A stretch of DNA of 64,000 nucleotides from Mobula birostris. Lineage: Eukaryota. Below, in pieces: positions 12,330 through 23,800 of the stretch (position 1 is its first letter; every line of letters begins with the position of its first letter). Under the pieces are notes generated by a model. That model ran no database searches. It worked only from the letters and a program-made list of their open reading frames with translations, and was not told the origin of the DNA. The translations under genes and the position numbers were made by a program. Location: assembly GCF_030028105.1 (NCBI RefSeq), contig NC_092383.1, positions 87,501,921-87,565,920 on the forward strand, written 5' to 3'.

Positions 12330-13380
12330 ATATAGGGTTATAACACAGGGGCATACCCTCCCTGTGCTGACCATTATTCCAATCTAACTAATCCCATCTG
12401 CCTGCACATGATCGTACCTGTCCATGTGTCTGTTTAAATACCTTTTCAATGTTGCTATTGTATCTGCTTCCACCACGTCCCTTGGTAGACCATTCCAGGC
12501 ACCATTTATACTCCCTGTGTATTAAAAAAAATGTCTCTCACATCCTCTTCAAAGTTTCTACTGCTCACTTTAAATTTGGGTCCTTTGGTATTTTATATTT
12601 CTACCCTGGAAGCTATGACTATCTCCCCTGTCTATGCCTTTTGTAATTTCACACCTTTCCAATAGCTCACCCCTCAGGCTCTGACACTCCAAATTTGTCC
12701 ACGCTCTCCATACAGCTATTACATTCTAATCCAGGCCAAACCATGGTTAACTCTACTGCACCATCTCCGAAGCCTCCACATTCTTTCTATAGCATGAAGA
12801 CTGAAACTATTGTCAATTACTCTAAGTATTGCCAAAGTTTTACACAGTTGCAACGTCACTTGCCAACTTTCATACTCAATGTTGGCAAGCATGTCATACA
12901 CTGCCTTTACTTCCCTGTTCACTTGCATTGTTTCTTTCGGGAGCTGTGGACTTGCATGTCACGATCCCATTGCAAATCAGTGCTCCAAATGGTCCTGCCA
13001 GTTATGTCATGATTTTATCTTTCATTTGATCTCCCAAAATACAGCAGTTCATGCTTGTGTGATTTGAAGTCTATCTGTCTTTTCTCTGTCCAAAGTCTTA
13101 GCTGATTTATATCCTGCTGTATCCTTCGACCACACTCCTCACTATCCACAGCTCCTACAATTTTGTTTTCTCTGCAAAAGTACCTATATTTTCATGCAAA
13201 TAACTTGTATCTATTACAAGTGTCAGAGGTCCAGGCACTGAACTTTGCAGAGCTCCACTGGTCACTGGCCTCCAGTCAGATAATCACCCCTCCAGCTCTG
13301 GTCTCAGTTGTCTATCAACATGCCAACTTTGTTTCTAGCTTAGAAACTCACTATGGATCCCGTGTTACTTAAATTTCTGG
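12330..13380 (-). mobile_element. Decayed CR1 LINE 3' portion
   Basis: Antisense LAILRVIDNSFSLHA...ERMWRL-type ORF2 C-terminal remnants with many stops. Confidence 0.7.
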
Positions 13381-13595
13381 ACCATGTCATATCCTTTACA
13401 AAAGACCCTGCCTACAACATCCACTGCGCTCCCCTCATTAATCATTTTCTTCACTGCCGTGGAATATTCTGGAGTTATGAAATTATAGAGATAATTGGTA
13501 TTAATTAAAAGCTTCCTGAAATGAAATGTAATCCATTGATTGTTTAAGGGTTTTGAAACCAATCATTGAGTGTGGGACATTCTGATTCTAAAGCA

Positions 13596-13622
<27 letters not shown>
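13596..13622. repeat. (AC)n microsatellite
   Basis: Perfect AC run of about 13 units at the end of a Penelope-like fragment. Confidence 0.95.
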
Positions 13623-13627
<5 letters not shown>

Positions 13628-14040
13628 CTTGAGGAACTCAGTAGGTCAAGCAGCATCCATGGAAGTGAACAAACTGTTGACATTTTGGGCCGCGACCCTT
13701 CATCAGGACTGGAAAGGAAGGGGGAAGTGCCAGAACAGATAGGTGGGGGAAGGAGATGGAGCATAGCTGGCAGGTGGTAGGTGAAACCAGAGAGGTTGGA
13801 AAGGTAAAGGGCTGGAGAAGAAGGAATGTATTAGGAGAGGCGAGTGGACCATAGGAGAGAGGGAAGGAGGTGGGGACCAAGGGGGAAGGTGACAGGCAGG
13901 GAGTAGAGCTAAAAGACCAGAGTGGGGAATAGAAAAAGAGGGATTTTTTCTGAATGGGAATTAGAAACTGATATTCGTGCCATCAGGTTGGAGGCTATCC
14001 AAACAGAATATAAGGTGTTGCTGCTCCGTACTGAGGTTGC
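13600..14040 (-). mobile_element. Penelope-like element 3' fragment (GIY-YIG C-terminus plus pLTR)
   Basis: Antisense of 13975-14030 encodes EQQHLIFCLDSLQPDGTNI; pLTR end caaaatgcttgaggaactcagtaggtcaagcagcatc. Confidence 0.75.
13674..13711 (-). ncRNA. Minimal type I hammerhead ribozyme motif (PLE-type), probably inactivated
   Basis: Minus strand cagtc-CTGATGA-agggtcgcggccc-AAAAt-GTC-aacag; the GAAAC core reads AAAAT. Confidence 0.6.
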
Positions 14041-15274
14041 AACATCTGATTCTGTACACCCCAGGTGATACAATAGATGAGTGGTGATATTAAATGGCAC
14101 TTAATGATTCAGGATTACATCAGGGGAGCCTTTAGGTGGCCGTCTGCTGTATTAACACAGTGTTAAAGGCATATACCTGCCTTTGTTTTGTCAGCGGGTC
14201 ATCACTGAACTCTGTAATAAATATATACTGTATATATATTTTGGGTATCTACTGTTTATGCTCAGAATCTCTTGGACAAGCCTCCAGTACATCAACATTC
14301 ACATGTACCGTTCATTTGTGATGTGCTTCCATTGTAAATCTGCAATTCTTCAAAAATTGCCTTTCAATTTTCAAAATTAATGTTGTGTTAGGTAACAATA
14401 GCTATTAAAATGCAGTGAATCGCAAATTGTTGTCTTTTTATTTACAAAGTATAAAACATCACTGTACTGTTGTGCGTGGAGAGAGCAGAAATAGATTCTC
14501 TCGATCTGCTGTGTTGAATAAAGTTCTTTTGTATCTCACACATTCGGTTTCCATGTGGCTCAGTTCAGTACTCACAATGATCTCGTAGAGTTACGGAGCA
14601 ATACAGCGTGGATAAAGGCCTTTCAGCCCACTCTGTTCATGCTGACCACAGGGCCCCCAAGCAGGTCCAGGTGCATTCTGTGGGTACAGTCTCAAGACTT
14701 ATTGGAGGTCTGCAATGGTGACTATAGGTTCAGGAGCTTTGGAGACTGTCAGGGCAAGTGATGACATTCCAAACCCTTTCTGTTGAAAATGTGCTTAGAA
14801 TGCATAAGGTGCATTGGGAAGGAATGTGCAATGGTCAACCATGCTGCTTCATTTTGCAGAATAATTGTAGCATTTAAGCCCTGCCACATCGGACAGCCAT
14901 TCTGGGATTCAGTTTGGGACTGGTATTGTCTCTTGTCATTGCTGATTTTTTATAAAGGTCACAAAATTATTTCTTGTATAACTCAGGGTTACTGTGTGTG
15001 TTGTGTGTGATTGTCACAGTCCTGAACTTTGTTCAGAGCAGACTTGTTATTCGTCAACCAGGTCTTACTTTCATTATCTAAATAGTTGTCTGAAATGAAA
15101 TGTTTCCTTTGAATATAAATAAGGCATAATGCAGGAAGAAGACAGATGAGAAATCACAGTGAGCCACCTGATTATATCAAACATCCAAATGTTTGAAGTT
15201 TGTTAAGTATATATCAGAAAATCAGTACCTTCTGCATTGCACCTTGGCTGAACAGAGGAGCAAATAGACTAAGA

Positions 15275-15500
15275 CAAGTGCGCTGCTCCAAAGAGCGCTA
15301 TATGAGGTCATTCTTACCCTCGGCCATTCGGCTCTTTAATGAGTCAAGCTATAGCTGGGGATGTAATGTCCCCTTCTGTTAAACTGTTTGTGGTAACTTT
15401 TCTTTTCTTTCTGCTTCTCTTCTAATATTTATATTGGTGCACTGGTAATGCGACTGTGACACTGGGATTGAATCATTTGGAATCAATAATCTATCTATCT
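15275..15500 (+). mobile_element. Rex/Babar LINE 3' end
   Basis: RCSKERYMRSFLPSAIRLFN; (CTAT)n tail. Confidence 0.75.
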
Positions 15501-15502
15501 AA

Positions 15503-16200
15503 TGTAAGGGGGTTTCGACTTTTATATTACTGCGGAGGCTAATTAAAATGGTGTCTTTGTTATGTTAATCTGGGGAATGTGGCTTTGTTGTGTTAAACGC
15601 TGAGAAAGTTTGCGCTAACAGCTTGTTTTACTTTAGAGTGTGATAAGAGAGTGCTATTAACCAATTGGGATAGTTGTTATGTTTTTGGTGTATTTGAAGA
15701 TACTGTATGCACGGGGTTTTGGGGCAGAAGGTGGGAGAGCGAGACAGAGGATGGACGATGTGCTGTGATGTCCGCTAACGGGGTCGGACCCTGAGGAGGG
15801 CGTTCGGTGAGGAGACGGAGACGGACTGGTGTGGAGCGTCTGGTCGACCACCGTTGTTGGTCCCAGGCGGCTGGTCAAGGTGGTCCGAGGGGTTGCAGGG
15901 TGAAGAAGAAGGTCCTTGAGCTCCAACGGTTTTGTGCACGAAGAGATTGAACTTTGATAAGCGTGGCGCCTTTTATTTTCCTTTATATTTTATTCTCTAT
16001 TAATTATATAGTTCCAGTAATATCTATAAACTGTAAATCATTTAATCGTATCTGGTGTATTGTCTGTTATTTGGGTGGGGTGGGGTACATCACACAGCAT
16101 CCACACAAACTAATTACCCAGTTTGCCAGGGCCAAGGGCTGTTTCCCTAGACGACAGCGAGCCGAGCAACCCTGAGGGTGGCCGGGGGTGGGGGGCTACA
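15503..16200 (+). mobile_element. Gypsy-like solo LTR
   Basis: TGTAAGGGG...GGGGCTACA termini; flanks ctaa/ttaa (4-bp TSD, 1 mismatch). Confidence 0.78.
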
Positions 16201-16779
16201 TTAATTTTCAGCAAACGAGAGAAATTTGTGGAGAGTGTTGAAATGTTAGCAGGACTGAGTGATAATACTCGTGAGGGGATCCTGGTGATTTGTGGGCTGT
16301 GTCAGAAAAGATAACATGTTAAGAATCATAGGAAATTACTTCCAGAAGCACAGGAGATGTAAACGAGAGCCACAGATGAAGCAGTCGGAACAGAGCTTGT
16401 TGGCAGTGGACGAACACCAGAACTCACAGCTGGAATTCATGTAAAGTTCACAGTTGTTGTCAGAGCCGGTTCCTGTAGACAGGCTTTCAGCAGTTTTCTT
16501 CAAGGTCCTTCCCACTCTGCTGAATCTGCTCACCCAGTGGGACATCCCAGTTGCTGCAGGGACCTGCACACTCTGGGAAATTCCTCCTTTCCCGGACCCT
16601 GCCTACAACCAGAACCACACACAAACTGCTTCAGGAACTCAGCAGACCAGGCAGTGTCTACAGAGAGAAATGGCAAGTTGACATTTTGGATTGGGACCCT
16701 TCAATGGGAGGTGTTCAAATCCAACAGCAGGACTTCTGGTTTCTCAAGGGACATTGTCCACTGACACCTGTATAATTTT

Positions 16780-16995
16780 TATGTTTAATTTTATGTTACT
16801 TAGAGATATAGCACAGTAACAGGACCATCAAGAACCACTACCTAATTAACCTGCTGACCTTTGGAACGTGGAGGAAACTGGATCACCCAGAGGAAAACCC
16901 ACATGGCCACAGAGGGAACATAGAAACTCCTTACAGACAGCAGTGGGAATTGAACCCAGGTCATTGGCACACTAATAGTGTTACGCTAGATCCTA
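16780..16995 (-). mobile_element. V-SINE fragment
   Basis: gaggaaactggatcacccagaggaaaacccac is the antisense V-domain; gggaattgaaccc is the antisense B box. Confidence 0.7.
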
Positions 16996-17419
16996 CATGC
17001 AAAAAGTAACATCAGTAGGGATGGCAGGGCACAGACAGTTCAAATCCATCAGGTGCTTCCCGATGTTGACCATTCCTAACGCTAGCTCTGCCATTTGTAT
17101 GCTGCATGTTGGCTGCAGAGATCCCCGTGGCAGACTGCACAGACACACACCCACCTCTCTGATGGCTCGTGGACAGGGGACAGATCATAGGTGGGGCTGT
17201 GATGGAAGAAAAATGTAGGTGGGAGTGGGACCCAGGTCATGTCTGGGTCTACTCCTTGTGAGTGGAGCTTGTTCTCATTGTCCAGCTTTGTCCTCATGGG
17301 TGGGGTTTCTGAGCCTTGGATTTCAGATGGACCTTGTTCCCATGGACAGTTCTTGTTAAAATGGGAAGGATTTCAAAGTTCAAAATAAACTTAGAATTAA
17401 AGTACATATATGAAAAATA

Positions 17420-17560
17420 ATGTAGTGTTTTCCCAGTGTATATGATGAATAAACTCTTCTTGGGCTTCCAGCCAGGTACAGGAATCATTTATAACTGACA
17501 TTTTGATGATGAATTTCCATCTTCATCAGGGATGATGCCGGGGCATGTCTAGTCTGGTGC
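17420..17560 (-). mobile_element. Second Penelope-type terminal repeat with hammerhead-like core
   Basis: Minus strand tccCTGATGAagatggaaattcatcatcAAAATGTC at about 17495-17532. Confidence 0.45.
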
Positions 17561-17565
17561 TATTT

Positions 17566-19131
17566 AGTCTGCATCGCAGTGTGCTTAAGGAAATAGCACA
17601 AGAAATAGTGGATGCATTAGTGATAATTTTTCAAAACTCGTTAGATTCTGGACTAGTTCCTGAGGATTGGAGGGTGGCCAATGTAACTCCACTTTTTAAA
17701 AAAGGAGGGAGAGAGAAACCGGGGAATTATAGACCGGTTAGCCTAACGTCGGTGGTGGGGAAACTGCTGGAGTCAGTTATCAAGAATGTGATAACAGCAC
17801 ATTTGGAAAGCGGTGAAATCATCGGACAAAGTCAGCATGGATTTGTGAAAGGAAAATCATGTCTGACGAATCTCATAGAATTTTTTGAGGATGTAACTAG
17901 TAGAGTGGATAGGGGAGAACCAGTGGATGTGGTATATTTGGATTTTCAAAAGACTTTTGACAAGGTCCCACACAGGAGATTAGTGTGCAAACTTAAAGCA
18001 CATGGTATTGGGGGTAAGGTATTGGTGTGGGTGGAGAATTGGTTAGCAGACAGGAAGCAAAGAGTGGGAATAAACGGGACCTTTTCAGAATGGCAGGCGG
18101 TGACTAGTGGGGTACCGCAAGGCTCAGTGCTGGGACCCCAGTTGTTTACAATATATATTAATGACTTGGATGAGGGAATTAAATGCAGCATCTCCAAGTT
18201 TGCGGATGACACGAAGCTGGGTGGCAGTGTTAGCTGTGAGGAGGATGCTAAGAGGATGCAGGGTGACTTGGATAGGTTGGGTGAGTGGGCAAATTCATGG
18301 CAGATGCAATTTAATGTGGATAAATGTGAAGTTATCCACTTTGGTGGCAAAAATAGGAAAACAGATTATTATCTGAATGGTGGCCGATTAGGAAAAGGGG
18401 AGGTGCAACGAGACCTGGGTGTCATTATACACCAGTCATTGAAAGTGGGCATGCAGGTACAGCAGGCGGTGAAAAAGGCGAATGGTATGCTGGCATTTAT
18501 AGCGAGAGGATTCGAGTACAGGAGCAGGGAGGTACTATTGCAGTTGTACAAGGCCTTGGTGAGACCACACCTGGAGTATTGTGTGCAGTTTTGGTCCCCT
18601 AATCTGAGGAAAGACATCCTTGCCATAGAGGGAGTACAAAGAAGGTTCACCAGATTGATTCCTGGGATGGCAGGACTTTCATATGAAGAAAGACTGGATG
18701 AACTGGGCTTGTACTCGTTGGAATTTAGAAGATTGAGGGGGGATCTGATTGAAACGTATAAAATCCTAAAGGGATTGGACAGGCTAGATACAGGAAGTTT
18801 GTTCCCGATGTTGGGGAAGTCCAGAACGAGGGGCCACAGTTTGAGGATAGAGGGGAAGCCTTTTAGGACTGAGATTAGGAAAAACTTCTTCACACAGAGA
18901 GTGGTGAATCTGTGGAATTCTCTGCCACAGGAAACAGTTGAGGCCAGTTCATTGGCTATATTTAAGAGGGAGTTAGATATGGCCCTTGTGGCTATGGGGG
19001 TCAGGGGGTATGGAAGGAAGGCTGGGGCGGGGTTCTGAGTTGGATGATCAGCCATGATCATAATAAATGGCGGTGCAGGCTCGAAGGGCCGAATGGCCTA
19101 CTCCTGCACCTATTTTCTATGTTTCTATGTT
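17566..19131 (+). mobile_element. Young 5'-truncated CR1 LINE with uninterrupted RT/C-terminal ORF2 frame
   Basis: 497-aa ORF with NYRPVSLTSVVGK, QHGF, YLDFQKTFDKVPH, GVPQGSVLGP, KFADDTK, native stop; 3'UTR with (TTTCTATG)n tail. Confidence 0.95.
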
Positions 19132-19829
19132 TAACCAATCAAGAGAGTACATATACTGTATGTCACAATATACTGTACAATCCAAGGATTAATTTTCTTG
19201 CAGGAATTCTGTGACAGTCAATAGAAAACTCAAGTGCAGGAATCAGAGACTCCTCGGTAACTCAAACAAAAGACTTATTACAGAAATTAACCAGCAAAAC
19301 TAACAAGAACTCAGGCAAGCTCTACAAAATCGTAAAGAACTGAAATCACTCACAATACACGGAAGAACTCAGTTTGAGTTTCATCAGACAAAGATCCACA
19401 ATGACAAGGTAAAGATGGGTTGGCAAACCACCTCAAAAATACACCCTGGAGCGCACAGGAATTCAACATCAAGCAAACAGTCCCGGTGTCCAGAGGAAGC
19501 AATAATCCCCAAAGGCAACAACTACAAAGCAAGACGCAAGACATTGAAAATGCTGTGCTAATTAAATTATCCCAAATTGAATAACCTACATACTAACTGA
19601 AAATATCTCTTCTTTAAAGAAATTTCCTGTGACAGATTCATAGTAATTACAAATAAGCACCAGAGATTCAATGAAAACCAATGTGCAGAAGACACCAAAC
19701 ATTGCAAATACAAAAAAAACAAATAATAAATATCGACAGCATGAGATGAAGAGACCTTGAAATTGAGTTGTGCGAACAGTCCAGTGCTGGGGTGAGAAAA
19801 TTGAGTGAAATTTTCCCCCCACTCAACTT

Positions 19830-20560
19830 TACTCACTCAGTTCGTAACTGAACATGCTCCCAGTTAAGTTCCGGACTATACTTCCACTCCACACAGATCC
19901 CTGGCGCATGTGTGAACTTGGAAACACCAAAGCACAACTGCCTGTTACTTCCCTGGAGGGGAGACCCAGAAAGCCTTGTGAAGCAGAACATGAGCTGAAT
20001 TTAGTGCAATCAGCAGGTAAAGTCTCTGGAGTATCGTCGACTGAGGCAAGCCCCACCCAATATACATAGTACCCTTCCTCATCGCGATGGAGTGGCTCGT
20101 GAGTCCTTGAGATCCTGACAGTGATGCCATCTTGAGCTCAGCTCCTGGTATGTCTCCCATTGCAGTATGGTCAAATGGGAATTTCCAGACAAAGAGCGAT
20201 CCAACGAAGTACTCTACGGTGGAGCTGGCGGAAGATGATGATGCATCACAACGGTACTGAAGGTGGAGGAAGGCTACAGCAGAGAAGGTCCAGAGTTGTC
20301 CTGCATTCCATGCCACTGGGCCCTGACTGCAATCTGTCAAGGACCATGTGGTACTGCCTGTGTATCAGCCTCCCCACGTTAAACAAAGTTACGCCCAGGC
20401 GTTTCTCCATAAAGGGAATAAGGAGAACATCATACTCGACTGGGGTGATAGCAGTATTTTTGTCACAGTCACCATTAACTCCCCAGTCAGGCTGTTGTTA
20501 GTAGTTTTGCTGACGGTAACTATCCTTCACCATTTCGATGAGATAATGAAAATTCGATTC
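19830..20560. mobile_element. Decayed RTE-like fragments; 19830-20330 is an inverted relative of 48690-49480
   Basis: ggtggagctggcggaagatgatgatgcatcacaac...gaaggtggaggaaggctacagcag matches the reverse complement of 48950-49030; RT-like remnant at 20380-20560. Confidence 0.5.
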
Positions 20561-20629
20561 AATTCATCTGTTTAGTTCAACCGAGGGGGCCTCAGATTCT
20601 AAGGCGCCCGATTTCAGCTTCTGGCTTAC

Positions 20630-20703
20630 TGTGGTTTCACAACTCAGCTTCTTGTTGCCTCCTCCTTCCTCATTCAACTTCCACATCCAATTTGTCTGAG
20701 TCA
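20630..20703 (+). promoter_or_regulatory. Candidate haematopoietic proximal promoter of gene B (RUNX, ETS/PU.1, AP-1)
   Basis: TGTGGTT 20630-20636, TTCCTC 20666-20671, ACTTCC 20677-20682, TGAGTCA 20697-20703, all within 150 bp of the ATG. Confidence 0.5.
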
Positions 20704-20775
20704 TTTATTTAGTTCTTAGAGCGAAGAGCTGAGCGACAGACAAGTGCTGCCCGGTTGGTCACTGCCAACAGAACA

Positions 20776-20812
20776 ATGTGGATTCCAGTTCTTCTCATCT
20801 GTTCACTGCCTG
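20776..20812 (+). CDS. Gene B exon 1, signal peptide [12 protein letters not shown]
   Basis: acaATGtgg...cct g|gtgagt; phase 1; joins V exon to give ...SLP-VSG-AVWA. Confidence 0.85.
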
Positions 20813-23800
20813 GTGAGTGACTGCCGGCGCGGGACGTTACAGAGACTGGTAAATGCAGGAAATACTCAGCCGGTCAGGCTGTACCTGTGGAAATGAAACA
20901 GTGGATGTTTCAGACCCAAGACCTTTTGACCCTGTTTCACTTCCCAGTGATTCAGCCTGACATATGCAGTATTTCCCAGCACGTTCTGTTTTTGTCTCAA
21001 ATTTCAACTTCTGCCATTTGTTTGTTCATTCAAATGATCAGTGTTAATTCGAGTCTAGTGCACCATTTCAGAAGCAAAGATGGTAAAGTATGTGCAGATA
21101 TGTAAGGATAGAAAATACTCCATAAATAGGTTCATCTATATTGGGGTGTGGAACCACAGACAATGCTGGAAGAACTGTATGTGCCCAGCAGCATCCATGG
21201 AGGCAAAAGGTGTTCGAGTTGGAGGCCCTGCATAGGGCTGGTGTGTGTGTTACAGAGGGGATGGACATGGAGCAGAACCCACCCTGCAGTTGTAAGTGTG
21301 CAGGGAGGAGAGCAGGGAGCTGAGGACACATAGTGGTCTGGCACCAATGGTGAGGGTAATCTTGGGAGACAGGTTTGCAGCCTAGGGAACATTAATTTGT
21401 AAAAGTTTTCACCTTAAAGTGCAAAGGGACACTTTCCACTTACAAAACATAATTTTAATGCTGCCTTTTCCTCACTAAAAGCAGCATAGGAATAAAACAC
21501 GAAAAGTAAGTTGTCTCCATTTGACTGCTGTTCCTGTTATTGAAATGTCTTGCTCTTCAATTCTATGTAGGCTGAGGGCTGATCTTGGCACTCAGAATCC
21601 ATTTATTTCTTATTCACTTCCTCAAACTGTGAACAATTGTTTTACTCAGCAGCATCCAGTAATTATTTTTTTCTTTCACCCATTTTTGAAAAAGCTTGTT
21701 ACAGACGCCCTCCCTGCAGGGGCCCAGTGTTGGCAGTTATTGTGTTCAATCATTGTTTTACTGAGTAATTCCAGGAAGGAAGTTTGTAGAGTTCAATTAG
21801 GGAACTTGACAAATATTGCCCTTAAAGATTCATTGCCCCCTCACCTTTGGAAAAACAGCCATCAACATAATAGCATTTGAGGGATATGATTGCCCATGAG
21901 GGTTCGATGATGTTCAGTACTCATTGACAATGCGGTCTCAAATGCAGTAAGTGTGGTGCAGTCACCTGCAGATGGGGTGAAATTGAACAGGTGATTGACA
22001 GGAAGGAGGAAAGCTTTTCACCCAGGGGCATTTGGACGGACAGTGGGGCAGAAAAATTGCAAGGAGAATCAAATAGAACATAAAACAGTATTTTGGCCCG
22101 CAATGTTGTGTTGAATCATTTAAAATCGTAATCAAATGGCCAACTAAACTTATCCTTTCTGCCTACACAATGCCGATATCCTTTCATTTCCTTCACATTC
22201 ATGTGCCTAACTAAATGTCCCTTAAAAGTCCCTGCTACTGCCTCCAGCCCAGACAGCACATTCCAGGCACCCAATACTCTCTGTGTAAAACAACTCTGTC
22301 CTTCACAGCTCCATTGAAATTACACCCTCTCTTTATTAAGTGCATGCCCACGGGAAAAATGATGCTATCTACTCTGCCTATGCCTCTCATAATCTTGTAA
22401 ACCTCCGTCGGATCTCCGCTCAATCTCTGCAACTCAAAGAAAACAACCCAAGTTTGTCCAACCTCTCAGTGTAGCACATACAGTAAATCTAAAGAATGAG
22501 AGAGGATTATGAGGAAAGAAGTGATGTAGTAATTTTTTCTGTTTTCTTTGTTATGTGAATTGCCATATGATGAAGATGATCATGGTCTTTCTATGAACAT
22601 AATTGTTCTATGGAAGTGGTTTGTCATTGCCTTCTTCTGGGCTGTGACTTTACAAAGTAGGTGAATCCAGTCATTATCAATACTCTTCAGAGATTGTCTG
22701 ACTGGTGTCAGTGGTCGCATACCCAGGACTTACGACATAGAGTTATACAGTCATAGAGAAGTAGAGCACAGGAACAGGCCCTTCTGCCCATCTAGTCCAT
22801 GCCAAAACTATTTAAACTGTCCATTCCCATCGATCTGCCCTGGGACCATAGCCCTTCATATCCCTGCTATTGACGTACCTATCCAAACTTCTCTTAGACA
22901 TTAAAATCGAGCTTGCATGGGCCAATTGTGCTGGCAGCTCGTTCCACACTCTCATGACCCTCTGAGTGAAGAAGTTTCCCCTCATGTTCCCCTTAAACTT
23001 CTCACCTTTCACCCTTAACCCACGACCTCTGGTTGTCGTCCCACCCGACCTCAGTGGAAAAAGCCTGCTTGCATTTATCCTGTCTATACCCCTCATAATT
23101 TGTATACCATCAATCAAATCTCCTCTCAATTCATTTAATTATCATTCAACCATATATGAATTCTCATGAAAACAGCCAAATGAGACAGTGTTATTATGGG
23201 GTCAAGGCGCAAAGACACTTTACCAACAGTCACACACAGTAAACACACACAAGATTGCAATCATGCGATAAGCCCCGAGCCCACCTCCCCTCCTTTCCCT
23301 GCGATGCTGCGGCTTGATGCATACAAATCAACAAACCCACATAGAATATCAGTAAAACGACAGCACGCAGAATAATCCCCCCCCCGGTAGAGAATGACAG
23401 CTTAAACGCCTCACCTGCAGTGGCTGAAAAGCAAATGACCGCACAGCTTGAGGCCTGAATCCACTGGGCTCCGCTGAAAGATCTGCATTTGGCCACTTCA
23501 GAGCCTGTCTTCTGCCAAGCGAAACCCTGGGAGGGCAGCTCTGACTCCTTTCTGGACACCGTGCCACACCACCCCCAGTGCAGCGCATGGGCTTTGTTCC
23601 CTCATTCCGGGTGGCTGCAAACAGGCGACACCATGGTTTCAGGCCTAGTCCTCATTACAGCCAAAGAATCGGCTCCTTCCATCCACCGCTGCTCCCAGCC
23701 AATAAATCAGCGAATCGAACTTGTGGCGTACCAGATTAACAATGTCCAAAGGGGTCTTGCTATCACAAGAAAAGTGACCGTGACGGCTACTCACTATTTG

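Noticed and set aside
14381-14576. Possible short solo LTR (TGTTG start, AATAAA, ends ...CTCACA)
   Set aside because: No convincing TSD or matching inverted terminus.
17545-19038. 497-aa ORF as a host gene
   Set aside because: It is CR1 ORF2; the ATG comes from unrelated flanking repeat and the element is 5'-truncated.
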